From Eledone cirrhosa (lineage: Eukaryota), in the NCBI GenBank assembly GCA_964016885.1, contig OZ024740.1:97154001-97218000 (forward strand): a DNA stretch of 64,000 nucleotides, read 5' to 3'. Each line of letters starts with the position of its first letter. Positions within the stretch are counted from its first letter, which is position 1. The notes under the pieces were generated by a model. The model did not search any database and was not told the DNA's origin. It saw nothing but the letters and a program-made list of their open reading frames with translations. A program made the translations under genes and the position numbers. Positions 13,114 through 27,585 of this stretch are shown piece by piece.

Positions 13114-13267
13114 TATAATTGTTATTGAGGCGGTTTGTATAATATAATTTTATTTTATTTTATCATTCTGTCTGCTTCATGGTTAAATATTTCAAACAAA
13201 TGTGTTCTTTCAACCCTCGTAATATTAGACACACGGTTTACTGTGTTTCTTACTACATATATATTAT

Positions 13268-13400
<133 letters not shown>

Positions 13401-13413
13401 TCTATCTATCTAT

Positions 13414-14739
13414 CTAAGGCGGGTAAAAGTCCCGAGATCCATGGACGAGTTCTCTCCAGCGGTCTCTGTCGCTCATTATCGCTGCCATGTCCTGCGTCTC
13501 CAACAGACCAGTGTCTGTCCTTAGGGCATCAACGTACTTTAACCTTGGACTTCCTATACTAGTGTGTCCATGTAGGGGCTCCCAAAGGAGCACTGAGTGC
13601 AATGTCAAATCTGGATGTCGGTGAGCATGTCCAGCTAACCTCAGTCTCCTCTGTGTCAATTTTGAGCTGACTTTTGGGATGCTCCCATACAGCTCTGAGT
13701 TTTTCATCCTCGGTGTATACTGATTAATGTTCAGAGCCATCCTCAGCATTCTCGTGTAGCACCCATCCACCATCTGAGTGAGTTTCTTGGTCAGTGTCCA
13801 AGTCTCAGACCCATACAGCAGCACATACTCCACTACAGCAATGAAGAGGCGGACTTTCAGGTCTCTACGAAGGTCCGACTTCCACACCGATCTCAAGCTG
13901 TGGCACGCCGCACAGGCCTTGTTCTTCCTCTCAACCACATCATCTTCTGTATTCCCAATCTTTGCTCCCAAATACAGGAAGTCCTCAACCAATTCCAGCG
14001 GCTTCCCGCCTACATTAGTGATCCCCTCTGGCTTCTCAACATTCTCTACCAGATATTTTGTTTTAGTCTCATTCATTCTCAGCCCCACACTCATCGACAC
14101 AGTCTCAACCTCCCGCATCAAATCCTCTGCCTCCTTCACTGTATTTGTCACCAAAAAAATGTCGTCGACAAATTCAGCATCCGATACAATTTTCGCCCTA
14201 ACTCTTCTGCCCTGAGCTGGTGCTACAGTAAAGCCAGAGTCCTGGTGTTTCTCCAGTGCAAGGCGCATACAATAGTCCACTACGATGATAAAAAGGTAGG
14301 GAGCCAATGTATCTCCCTGGAGCACTCCAGCCAGTATCTCAAAGAACTCTGTCATCCCATCAGGTGTAATGACTTGGGCTTTGGTGTTGGTGTAGAGCAG
14401 TGATATCAGGTCCACTATCTTCTTGGGGATTCTATAAGCCTGTAAGATCTTCATCAGGCAGTAACGGTCCACAGAATCAAAGGCCTTCCTAAGGTCAATG
14501 AAAACCATGACCGCAGGAAGGCACTTTGCTCTAGCTCCCTCTAATATCCTCCTCAGCATCAGGATGTGACTGGTGGTTGATCTACCCTCTCTGAAGCCGT
14601 TCTGGTTGTCCCTGAGCTTCTTCTCCATCTCAGGCTGGATCCTGTTAAGAATCATCCTGTTGAGGGTCTTTCCCACAAGTGACGTCAGTGAGATCCCCCG
14701 GTAGTTGTTGGTGTTAGAGAGATCTCCCTTCTTTGGCAC
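13414..14739 (-). pseudogene. RTE ORF2 reverse transcriptase and C-terminus
   Basis: PKKGDL..NYRGISL, QNGFR, FIDLRKAFDSV, GVLQGDTLAPYLF, FVDD, FLYLG, LLYGSETW, RRLRLAGH. Confidence 0.93.
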
Positions 14740-14849
14740 TGGGACGACGTTACTGATCCTCCACTAATTCGGGGCAACTCCTCTCTCCAGTGCCCCTGTA
14801 CAGAACCCCAGGATGATATCATCACTACCCCAGGATGATATCATCACTA

Positions 14850-16265
14850 CATTGGCAGTGAAGAACACAACAAATGCTGCAGTAGGAGGAGTGGATTTTG
14901 TGTTCAGTGCAAAAACCAATCTGTTGGTGAGAGAAATAATGCCTATCTCCCCGCGAGTGTAGAGGGTGACCTTGAATGGAAACCCAAGACTGACAGTCAT
15001 CTCAGCCTATAGACAACCGAGGGGGACAGTGATGTGAGTGCGGAAGAGTTCCATGAGGAGGTGTGTAGAGCTGTCAACACCACTCAGGCACACAATATCC
15101 TGCTTGTTTTTGGGGGACTTCAATGCACATCTGAGTAAGGAGGGCAGTGAAGATCCTTGCTGGTACTTCCATAACAACACCAACCGAAATGGAAGACTAC
15201 TGAGATACACCCTGCTGGAGGCGAACTTGATGGCGACCAACCTAAGATTTAGGAAGAATCTGGGGAAGATGTGGACCTACATTTCAGATGTGCACCTGCC
15301 CAAGTCCCAGATTGATTTCATTCTGGTGAGGAAAAAGTGGCGGAATAGTGTTCTGAACACGGAACCATACAGCTATTTCAGTACACTGGGTAGTGACCAC
15401 CGGCTTGTTATGAGTGAGGTCCGGGTGAGCTTAAGAAAGAGCAAGACTCGGCCCCGGTGAACAATCTATGACTGGGGAGCTTTCAAGGAAGATGATAAGC
15501 TACAGGAGAGGTTCACAGTGGAAGTGAGAAACAGGTTTAGTGCTCTGTGTGGAGAGTCAGAGGAGAGAGAGATTGGATATACTGAGGAGAGTGTGACGAG
15601 GAGGTACGGGCACTTCACCAATGCAGTGGCGGAAGCAAGTGAAACCCTGGTACCGAGGAAAAAGAACAAAGGGAAGCACGTCAGTTCTGCAAACCCAAAA
15701 GTGTGTGCAGCCAGAAAACACCTGAAAGCTGCCAGGGACCAATTCTATGCTGATCCTACGGAGGAGAGGATGGAGATTGTGGAGGTGATGAGGGAAGTGC
15801 TCTGTACCGCTTACACTGAGGTCAGAGAGGAGGCACTGATAGAGAAGATCAGAAGTGTGGAGAGAGCGGTTGACAGATCTGGATGTAAGGAGAGCTGGAT
15901 GATCATCATTGAGATCACAGGGAGGAAGAGGTGTTCGAGTCAGATCCAGGGAACGGGGCCCGAGGATAGGAAGAGGAAATAGCTAGACCATTTTAGGACC
16001 CTACTAGGTGAGCCACCCTCCACAGCCCAGAGCACTGGGGAGATTTGGTGGCTGTTTGAGGAACTGGATGTTGAGACAGAGTCCTTCACCAGAGAGGAGC
16101 TTCAGAGAGCCAAGAAGAGGATCAAGGAGGGCAAGGCTCATGGAGAAGATGGAGTGGCATCAGAGGTGATGAAGAGGTGTGATTTTGATGATATCCTCCT
16201 GGGGTTCTGTAACAGGGCACTGGAGAAAGGAGTTGCCCCGAATCAGTGGAGGATCAGTAACATCA
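14850..16265 (+). pseudogene. RTE ORF2 APE endonuclease and linker (inverted, disrupted)
   Basis: LGDFNAH, NRNG, QIDFILV, SDHRLV, NRFSAL, GKAHGEDG; frameshifts and stops. Confidence 0.9.
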
Positions 16266-16300
16266 GAGGTGATGAAGAGGTGTGATTTTGATGATGATAA

Positions 16301-16365
<65 letters not shown>

Positions 16366-16439
16366 TATATTATATATATATATATAATATATATATATTA
16401 TATATATATATATAATATATATATAATATATATATAAAT

Positions 16440-16485
<46 letters not shown>

Positions 16486-16498
16486 TATATATATAATA

Positions 16499-16538
<40 letters not shown>

Positions 16539-16553
16539 TATATATATATAATA

Positions 16554-16630
<77 letters not shown>

Positions 16631-16660
16631 ATATATATATAATATATATAATATATATAT

Positions 16661-16707
<47 letters not shown>

Positions 16708-16712
16708 ATATA

Positions 16713-16803
<91 letters not shown>

Positions 16804-16810
16804 GATATAG

Positions 16811-16867
<57 letters not shown>

Positions 16868-16880
16868 ATATATATATAAT

Positions 16881-16912
<32 letters not shown>

Positions 16913-16985
16913 ATATATATATAATATTATATATATATATAATATATATATACATATATATATAATATATATATATATAATATAT

Positions 16986-17017
<32 letters not shown>

Positions 17018-17089
17018 ATATATATATATATACATATATATATAATATATATATATAATATATATATATAATATATATATATATATAAC

Positions 17090-17121
<32 letters not shown>

Positions 17122-17193
17122 TATATATAATATATATATATATATATAATATATATATATATATAATATATATATAATATATATATAATATAT

Positions 17194-17313
<120 letters not shown>

Positions 17314-17415
17314 TATATTATATTTAGAGTTTTAAACTCAAACAGTCATTTACAATTAATTAGCTCAAAGAAAGAAGCATTTCTGAGCCGTGAAATGTAA
17401 GTTAATATAAATTAA

Positions 17416-18881
17416 TCTATATATATAAAACTGTGGTTGTCTGTCTGTCTATCGATTTTTGGCACACATCTCCTCTTAGAATCTCTCACGGAATTGCACC
17501 GAAATTGCTATACTTGTACATTGAGCCCTAGCGAAGACATCGGTAAAAAAATATTTCAAATTGACCCGCCCTATCTGACGAAATCGAATATAATGTATCG
17601 ATTTTTGAGCGTAAGTGATCAGTTATTTCCCTTTGTTCTGTTTACATTGAGCGTCTGCGTGCAAAAATTAAAAAAATTACGCTGGCTTTCTCAGCGTTTA
17701 AAATGACATTAACACAATAATTTTTACTTGAAAACAAGTCTATTTAAAGACTACGTAAAACAAGCAAATATTTCGTAAAAAAAAGCAAAAATGATATAAG
17801 TTTATTTAAAATATATGTATCTGTAAATTTCGTTAGGCGTGCAGTCAGTTTTATATATATAGATGATAAACAATAATATCCTCTATGAGGTCACTAAACC
17901 TGCTAGAAACAGCAGCTAACTCTCCCTCATATCACACCACTCCCTACTGTCTTAAATTTAGAAAACACATATCCTCTATGAGGTTACTAAACCTGCTAGA
18001 AACAGCAGCTAACTCTCCCTCATATCACACCACTCCCTACTGTCTTAAATTTAGAAAACACATCATCTATTAGGTTACTAAACCTGCTAGAAACAGCAGC
18101 TAACTCTCCCCCATATCATACCCCTCCCTACTGTCTTAAATTTAGAAAACATATCTTCTATGAGGTCACTAAACCTGCTAGAAACAGCAGCTAACTCTCC
18201 CTCATATCACACCCCTCCCTACTGTCTTAAATTTAGAAAACATATCATCTATGAGGTCACTAAACCTGCTAGAAACAGCAGCTAACTCTCCCCCATATCA
18301 CACCCCTGTCTACTGTCTTAAATTTAGAAAACATATCTTCTATGAGGTCACTAAACCTGCTAGAAACAGCAGCTAACTCTCCCTCATATCACACCACTCC
18401 CTACTGTCTTAAATTTAGAAAACACATATCCTCTATGAGGTCACTAAACCTGCTAGAAACAGCAGCTAACTCTCCCTCATATCACACCACTCCCTACTGT
18501 CTTAAATTTAGAAAACACATATCCTCTATGAGGTCACTAAACCTGCTAGAAACAACAGCTAACTCTCCCTCATATCACAACCCTCCCTACTGTCTTAAAT
18601 TTAGAAAACACACAGACAACCATGCAGAACAACTCCATCGCAGCTCTGTTGTTCGGCTGGCATCGTCTACTCGCGTGTTGCGCAATTACTGTGAAACAAC
18701 AAATTTCAACACTTTTTTGCACAGAGATAATATCCATAGGCGAAACTACAATTGTCACTGCTGGCGCAGCTCATGCTTCCAGGTCTGCAATTCATTCACC
18801 CAGTGCCTGGCAGACAAAAAAGTGCTGCAACCTAACTTTGGTAACTTAATGACCCCGAGCAACGCCGGGCTTTAATGCTAG
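17416..18881 (+). mobile_element. Non-autonomous Helitron carrying a minisatellite
   Basis: 5' TC(tatatatataaaa) and (gtct)n; 3' hairpin cccgagcaacgccggg then CTAG; inserted A|T; empty-site sequence present at 19381-19417. Confidence 0.88.
17876..18611. repeat. 91-93 bp minisatellite, 8 copies
   Basis: atgaggtcactaaacctgctagaaacagcagctaactctcc... repeated. Confidence 0.97.
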
Positions 18882-19429
18882 TATATGATAAACACGTAAG
18901 TTCTTTCTTTGGGCTTATTAATTGTAAATGACTGTTTGAGTTTAAAACTCTAAATATAATATAATACTACGGCTCCTAACTTGTCGAGCTAATTTTTTAA
19001 TCCCATATAAACGGCTGTTATTTCTAGCACTGTGAGTATGAGATGGCTAGAGAACCGGTGTACCTCGTGCATTTGTACTTGTGAACCAGTCCTGCAAAAT
19101 TTTTGGAGGTGAAATGTATTAATTTTTCTGGATTCCTGTTGATAAACTCAGAAGATTTGAATATTTCACTTTTTATACCACCGTTACGAAACATATTTAG
19201 GTTTGAAGTTCAAATTCATCTACGGAGCAGGTTTGAATTTTGAAATTTAAATTTGTCCAGGAATCACGGCTTTTGCCAATATGAGCTTGTTTTTATCGAT
19301 TTATATCGAGACGGACAAATTATATTTATTTTAATTAGTTTATTTCATTCTAGCTAACTTCGGATTTTGCAATGCAAACACTTACGTGTTTATCATATAT
19401 TAATTTATATTAACTTATATATATATATA

Positions 19430-21925
19430 CTAACAGAAGTACCCGGCATTGCCCGGGTGTAAGTCGACCTTTGGTCTGTTAGAATGTGTGAAAGTTACTT
19501 CCCGCGCATCACAGGTTCAAAACTTCGAACTTCAATGGAAAAAAATAGGTTAGTAGACACAGGTGTGTAATTTATTAATTGTAGTTACACAGTGTATCGT
19601 TGAAATTGTTCTCTGCACGACTGACGGAAGTCAAATTGCTTGATATTGAATGTTCAGTTAATTTAAAGCAGGGTGAAAATGTCGATTACTTTCAGGGGTT
19701 TTTATTTTACAATTTTTGCGCCCACGTGTGCAGAAGAAGAATTAAAATGGCCTTTATCTTAACCGCGGCATAATGGCGAGTCTTTTGGGACAGTTTTCAA
19801 GAATATAGGACGTTCCTGTAAAAAGTTTTCCCATGTGTAACTTTGCCTTGTTTTTTTGCGCAAAGTCGAGCCCCGCTTCAGTTTTATTGATTTTTTACAT
19901 CAATGCGTGATCTCTGAAGTAGAGTTGAGTAGCTAAAAACCTGTCCCGGTAAATTTGCTATAGGTGAAAAAAGTTGATCAAAATTGTATCTAGGGTTATT
20001 GCTCTTTGCCACAGCCTCAAGCCTCGTCTGACGGGATGTTGGTGATTCCTCCGTCAGCGCTTGTTGGCGACGAAGGCGAACATCAGCAAGCCTTGTCGTA
20101 CGTGATGTTGGTGACTCAACCAGCCGGGAAAGACGTCTATCAGCGAGTCGAGATTCGCGCTCAGCAGCTGTTTCCTAGAGAAAATTAATTAATTCTACTG
20201 GTTAGCTAAGCCAATGGCAATGTCAATAGTAAATGAGAAAAGTCTAACATGAACAAAAGGGAATCAAGGTAAGACAATAAATTTAATATAACTACGATTA
20301 GAATGTTGTAGTTGCTTAAAAGTGGTGACAGTTAGGATAAACGCAGTAATTGCTAGCATTAAGGGAGAATATTGCATAAAGGATTAATCAATTGTGAATG
20401 AACTCATACCTGATAACGCCTAATTCGTTGTGTCAAAGCAATAGCTGTACCTTTTTTGGAGGTAAGACTTGAACGTTTCCGTGTGGGCATAACGACGTGT
20501 AACGAAGCTGTTAGGTTAGAGAGAGGTGATTAAATACAGAGAGAGATGACACCAGATTCGTTAGCATGGTTACTGGTGAATGGGAAGGTTTGGAAATATG
20601 ATTACAATAACTTACCGAATTTTCCTGTCTATAAATTGCACTTAAAATAATTAAATTTAATCAACAAACAGCTCTGCGCTTTATACTCCGGTGAGCCTTA
20701 TGTATAAATAATACAATGGTAATCAATCACGGTTCTAACAGAAGTAATAGATCCAGACTAAAAGTAAAGAAGATAGCATTTTCTGGTTGGCCTTACACGC
20801 CATTGCGCGGACCTGATTTTAAATGGTACGCCTTATATCCTGGTGAGCCTTATAGAGCGGACAATATCTATTGGAAAAGAATACGAATTCATGACCAAGG
20901 TGTGACAAAATAGGCGTCTATACAGCGCCTGAAACAAACTTGTCCAAAACCCTAGGATTTTTCTCGTTAAGTATCCACCCAAAAGGAACCGTTTTTTAGT
21001 TACAAAAAGTAACCAAAGTGTATAATAGCTATATTTCTGACATATCATGCCAAAAAGAACAATATATTCAAAAAATGTTCTAAAGTACATTCAATCTCTC
21101 TTTTTGACCGATATCTTAATAAGCAAGTTATCGATTTTTTATTAGCTGTCACTGTCTATCTGCATGCAGGTGTGCACGTGTGCGCAATTAATTGCAAATA
21201 CGCTCATAACATTTAGTCGTAAGCAGAACAAAAAATGCCATTAGAGGTGGGCTAATAATGAAGACACAAACCCTGGTGAACTTACGTTTAAACATCCGAA
21301 AAGTTACTCACTTCCTGTGCAAAAGACTGTATTATAAATTAAGTAATTTTTTAGAATCTTTTGTTTAAAAAAGGAAAACATTGGTACGACGTAAATTTTT
21401 TTACTTGTATTGTATGTGTACAAAACAACTTGGTCAAGGTATTATTTAGTAATTTTTTTTCAAAAAGCATGATTATTTAAGACTGTTTGAAAATTTACTC
21501 ACAGCTTTTAGGTTCACAAAAGACACCATTAAATTTGGTTCCCTTTTCAGATAGGGATAATACTGTATTACCACTTGAATAAGGTGGAATATGAAAAGAA
21601 ACTCTTTAATGGTCGGTGGTTTACTGAGACAGCTGGAAAGACATGCAGCTTGCCGTCCAATCAATAACGCACGTCCTTATATGGGCATATGAAATTTATT
21701 TTTATTGCGCCAGATGTAAACTAAGAGTTCTTGTGTTCGAATTCACATAAAATTTCATTGGAATCGAAAAACCTTTTGTCATAGGGCCCGATTATCGATT
21801 TTTCGAAAGTTTCAAGTGGCCAATTCCACTCTACGCGTTGAGTTTTATATATGTGTGAGGTTTCATGAAAATTGGATGAACGGTGTAGCAGGCAAGTTCG
21901 GTACACTAAACAATGTCCATCTTCC

Positions 21926-21945
<20 letters not shown>
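19430..21945 (-). mobile_element. Non-autonomous Helitron-like element
   Basis: Minus-strand 3' end: hairpin cccgggcaatgccggg then TTAG|T. 5' end tatatataaagggaag runs into (TA)n, so that boundary is approximate. Confidence 0.65.
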
Positions 21946-21969
<24 letters not shown>

Positions 21970-22116
21970 TATTTTCCGTTGTGTTGTAATATAAATATTA
22001 CACACAGTAGATTATCAGCTCACGTAGAGTTTGCTCGACGGTTCCAGTTGTAGTTCCAAAAGTAATCCGGAGAAAAATAGAAAGATTTGAATGGATACAG
22101 TTTAGTTGAAAGGAAT

Positions 22117-22233
22117 TTATTGACACGTGTTTCTATAACAGTTACATAACCTAAAACAGCTATCTACAAACTTTTAGTTATGCAGACATTCAATATTTCA
22201 ATGTTATTATTTACTGTCATTTCATCAGAATAA
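22117..22233 (-). ncRNA. Type I hammerhead ribozyme, long stem II
   Basis: Reverse complement of 25923-26039. Confidence 0.8.
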
Positions 22234-22800
22234 TATTACTGAGGACCTATTTAGTTTTTATAGAGAATATTAGGAGGGAGGGGTGAAGTTGTTAGAAGAA
22301 TAGTTGAAGGAGTGGTTTTTCGATAGCAGTGAGAATTCTTGGTGGCAGTGAGTAATTAGAATCCCATCTGTTGTTTTGACATTTTTTATAGAATATATTA
22401 TTGGTTATTTTTCTAAATCTATAGAAGGATTAGAGATAGTAAAGATATGCGTGGTTGGTTTTGTGTTTGCACTTAACATTCAGACTTAAATTTTTCTTTC
22501 AAGTGTACGTATTCTTTCACCCACGCATTCACACACAAATATATTTGCACACCTCTGCAAAATACATATACTCACAATTCACATATTCATACTTACATAT
22601 ATATACACATGCATACACATATATATACACACATGTATTCATGTACATACATACGCGCTCATGTGTATACATTTTCATACTCAACTTATCTTTATATATA
22701 CACACGTATAGACACACACATATATACATACACACTCTAGTCCATGTGTACACACATACACATACATACACATCCATATACACATACATACATACACATA

Positions 22801-22858
<58 letters not shown>

Positions 22859-23185
22859 CATACATATACATATATACACATATATACATATACACACACA
22901 CATATATATATATATAAGCACTTTAATACATGAATACACTTACATCTAACTATACACATCAAACATATATATATATTTACTTATTTATATACATTTTCAC
23001 ATATATATACATACTTATGGACGTTTTTAGACACATTCATTATCGCATATTTGTACCTATTCTCATCAGCATATCTTTTCATTATTAGTATGGTAATTTA
23101 AGGTTATTAATATATGTTGAGAAGAGATTGTTTTTATATTTTTCTAACTAGATTAAGGTTTATATAGTTGGGGGATGTCCCTCTT

Positions 23186-24291
23186 TTATGTAATATTCTG
23201 CTTGTAGTGGGAAAAAAGGGTTTTAGTTCTGTGACGGCAGAATAATGTTCGTTCAATTCTGTTATTCAACAGTTTCTTCTTGTGTGTGATTATGTAATAA
23301 ATCTCAAGATTACACAATTTGCAGAAATTTTGGCTCCTGGAAAAGCTTTGGGTTTTAGCTAATTTTTCCCATTTTAGGGTAAACTTTTGATTGCTATCCC
23401 TGAGCGTCCAAGCTTTTTCTGCTAAAGTTGTTACATTTCTTTGGCTCTGGTGTTTTATTGAGTAAGAATGCCTATACAATCGAGATTTAAACGATGTTGC
23501 CGTTGATCCCACGTAATACCACTCGTTGCCTCCGGATTTAATGGTACACTTATAAATAATATTTTTTTCCAGGCAGTTATTGCCGAGGGGGCAGTTGTCA
23601 GGATAGGTGCAGTTACAGTTGTGTACGTTGGGTTTTCTCTGGAGTAGTATTGCGGACGAACTTAGGTGTGGTTTATTTATGTTCTGTAGTGTATTGTCTA
23701 CTGTTTTTTTGGGGTTCTTTGTACTTAAGTTCTTAGTGTTTTCGTTTAACCTTCTAGTATTGATCTTTTTTATGTGTTGTTCAAGGTTTAACGCTGTAGA
23801 GTATGACAGTCTTATAGTGGTAGGGTTTAGGATTTTGTGGTATTTGTGTGATGTGGGAAAATGTCTTTTAATTATTTTAAAGAAGAGTACTGGTAAATTT
23901 GTACTAATGGAGCTATTGTATTCGGGGTTATACCATAAGTACTCTTTGCATCGCTTTCTATTAGTTTTGTTTGTTGGTTTACTGGTGTGCATACTATGGT
24001 AGTAAGTGTGGTTTGGTGTTGTGTTATTATATCTACCTATGTGGGATTTATTTTGGGTGTTTTGATTGTTCCCATCTATGTACTCTATTTTGTTGAGGTA
24101 GCCTGCTTTACTAAGGGCGTTATCGTAGTACTCGGCGTGTTCCTTAAATACTTGTATGTTAGAAGATAGACCCGAGATTCTAAGGGAAATATTTTTAGGG
24201 ATAGATTTAATTATAGAGATGGGGTGGTTAGACCCAACATTTACGTATTTGAGATTTTCATTCAATTTATGAAACGGTTTAATCAAACCAG
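23186..24291 (-). pseudogene. PLE RT thumb + GIY-YIG (open frame, 5'-truncated)
   Basis: KPFHK..YVN..SNHP, WYNPEY, IRLSYS, CNCx5CPL, NIIYKC..YVGST..FKSR, KWE, CKLC, CRHR. The listed ORF N-terminus (24292-24547) is antisense of the inverted arm. Confidence 0.92.
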
Positions 24292-24968
24292 ATTTTCCCA
24301 CATCACACAAATACCACAAAATCCTAAACCCTACCACTATAAGACTGTCATACTCTACAGCGTTAAACCTTGAACAACACATAAAAAAGATCAATACTAG
24401 AAGGTTAAACGAAAACACTAAGAACTTAAGTACAAAGAACCCCAAAAAAACAGTAGACAATACACTACAGAACATAAATAAACCACACCTAAGTTCGTCC
24501 GCAATACTACTCCAGAGAAAACCCAACGTACACAACTGTAACTGCACCTATCCTGACAACTGCCCCCTCGGCAATAACTGCCTGGAAAAAAATATTATTT
24601 ATAAGTGTACCATTAAATCCGGAGGCAACGAGTGGTATTACGTGGGATCAACGGCAACATCGTTTAAATCTCGATTGTATAGGCATTCTTACTCAATAAA
24701 ACACCAGAGCCAAAGAAATGTAACAACTTTAGCAGAAAAAGCTTGGACGCTCAGGGATAGCAATCAAAAGTTTACCCTAAAATGGGAAAAATTAGCTAAA
24801 ACCCAAAGCTTTTCCAGGAGCCAAAATTTCTGCAAATTGTGTAATCTTGAGATTTATTACATAATCACACACAAGAAGAAACTGTTGAATAACAGAATTG
24901 AACGAACATTATTCTGCCGTCACAGAACTAAAACCCTTTTTTCCCACTACAAGCAGAATATTACATAA
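24292..24968 (+). pseudogene. Inverted duplicate of GIY-YIG coding region
   Basis: Reverse complement of 23186-23862. Confidence 0.92.
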
Positions 24969-25295
24969 AAGAGGGACATCCCCCAACTATATAAACCTTA
25001 ATCTAGTTAGAAAAATATAAAAACAATCTCTTCTCAACATATATTAATAACCTTAAATTACCATACTAATAATGAAAAGATATGCTGATGAGAATAGGTA
25101 CAAATATGCGATAATGAATGTGTCTAAAAACGTCCATAAGTATGTATATATATGTGAAAATGTATATAAATAAGTAAATATATATATATGTTTGATGTGT
25201 ATAGTTAGATGTAAGTGTATTCATGTATTAAAGTGCTTATATATATATATATGTGTGTGTGTATATGTATATATGTGTATATATGTATATGTATG

Positions 25296-25353
<58 letters not shown>

Positions 25354-25922
25354 TATATGTGTATGTATGTATGTGTATATGGATGTGTATGTATGTGTAT
25401 GTGTGTACACATGGACTAGAGTGTGTATGTATATATGTGTGTGTCTATACGTGTGTATATATAAAGATAAGTTGAGTATGAAAATGTATACACATGAGCG
25501 CGTATGTATGTACATGAATACATGTGTGTATATATATGTGTATGCATGTGTATATATATGTAAGTATGAATATGTGAATTGTGAGTATATGTATTTTGCA
25601 GAGGTGTGCAAATATATTTGTGTGTGAATGCGTGGGTGAAAGAATACGTACACTTGAAAGAAAAATTTAAGTCTGAATGTTAAGTGCAAACACAAAACCA
25701 ACCACGCATATCTTTACTATCTCTAATCCTTCTATAGATTTAGAAAAATAACCAATAATATATTCTATAAAAAATGTCAAAACAACAGATGGGATTCTAA
25801 TTACTCACTGCCACCAAGAATTCTCACTGCTATCGAAAAACCACTCCTTCAACTATTCTTCTAACAACTTCACCCCTCCCTCCTAATATTCTCTATAAAA
25901 ACTAAATAGGTCCTCAGTAATA

Positions 25923-26039
25923 TTATTCTGATGAAATGACAGTAAATAATAACATTGAAATATTGAATGTCTGCATAACTAAAAGTTTGTAGATAGCTGT
26001 TTTAGGTTATGTAACTGTTATAGAAACACGTGTCAATAA
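25923..26039 (+). ncRNA. Type I hammerhead ribozyme, long stem II
   Basis: ttatt CTGATGA a atgacagt...actgttat a GAAAC ACGT GTC aataa; the 3' strand of stem I overlaps AATAAA. Confidence 0.8.
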
Positions 26040-26073
26040 ATTCCTTTCAACTAAACTGTATCCATTCAAATCT

Positions 26074-26224
<151 letters not shown>

Positions 26225-26334
26225 ATATATATATATAATATTTATATATATATATATATATATATTTATATAATATATATATATAATATATATATATATA
26301 ATATATATATATATATAATATATATATATATAAT

Positions 26335-26387
<53 letters not shown>

Positions 26388-26408
26388 ATATATATATATA
26401 TATAATAT

Positions 26409-26473
<65 letters not shown>

Positions 26474-26533
26474 TATATATATAATATATATATATATAAT
26501 ATATATATATATATATACAATATATATACATAT

Positions 26534-26567
<34 letters not shown>

Positions 26568-26760
26568 AAATATATATTTATATATATATATATAATATAT
26601 ATATATATAATATATATATATATATATAATATATATATATATAATATATATATATATAATATATATATATAATATAAATATACATATAATATATTTATAT
26701 ACATATATAATATATATATATAATATATATATATAATATATAATATATATAATATATATA

Positions 26761-26830
<70 letters not shown>

Positions 26831-26842
26831 TTTATATATATC

Positions 26843-26978
26843 TATCTATCTAAGGCGGGTAAAATTCCCGAGATCCATGGACGAGTTCTCTCCAGCGGTC
26901 TCTGTCCCACAATATCGCTGCCATATCCTGCATCTCCAACAGACCAATATCTGTCCTTAGGGCATCAACATATGTTAA

Positions 26979-26980
<2 letters not shown>
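26843..26980 (-). mobile_element. Short 3' fragment of the RTE family at 13414
   Basis: YVDALRTD..RWRELVHGSREFYPP* plus TAGA-type tail; flanked by (TA)n. Confidence 0.9.
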
Positions 26981-27052
<72 letters not shown>

Positions 27053-27221
27053 TATATATATTAGAATTGGAGCTCTGAAATAGCAATATATATATGGATG
27101 TATATATAATGTATTTTGCAATACACTTTATGCTTAATTAAAAGCATTTTGAAGACCGTATGCTATTGTTTTAGAGAAGTGACAAACTCACTTACTTTAA
27201 TCTCAGCAAACAGGGGAGATA

Positions 27222-27266
27222 AGCCGACAAGGCCTTGTTTCGCATTTATTGATGCTTATCAAGGCT
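27222..27266 (-). ncRNA. Type I hammerhead ribozyme, U3-A8 core variant (unit 1)
   Basis: agcc TTGATAA gcat-caataa-atgc GAAA caag-gc-cttg TC ggct. Confidence 0.85.
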
Positions 27267-27540
27267 AACTACTCCCTCCTGTCTACTGAGATCACTGATG
27301 TTATATTCTTATAGAATTCTAGTAAATAATCAGGAACTGATTATGTAGAGCGGTTGCCGGTCAGGCAGAAATTAAAAAATTGGAATTGGAGCTCTGAAAT
27401 AGCAATATATATATAAATGTATATATAATGTATTTTGCAATACACTTTATGCTTAATTAAAAGCATTTTGAAGTCCGTATGCTATTGTTTTAGAGAAGTG
27501 ACAAATTCACTTACTTTAATCTCAGCATACAGGGGAGATA

Positions 27541-27585
27541 AGCCGACAAGGTCTTGTTTCGCATTTATTGATGCTTATCAAGGCT
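27541..27585 (-). ncRNA. Type I hammerhead ribozyme, U3-A8 core variant (unit 2)
   Basis: Same as unit 1; the single change is in the stem III loop. Confidence 0.85.

Noticed and set aside
17885-18875. ORFs with a repeated 31-aa unit; possible CRISPR-like array
   Set aside because: 91-93 bp minisatellite with frame-breaking units and no unique spacers.
20612-20930. Pogo/Tc1-like MITE end with ggtgagccttat subrepeats
   Set aside because: No matching second TIR or TSD found.
23186-24547. 453-aa protein with hydrophobic N-terminus
   Set aside because: The first ~85 aa are antisense of the inverted arm.
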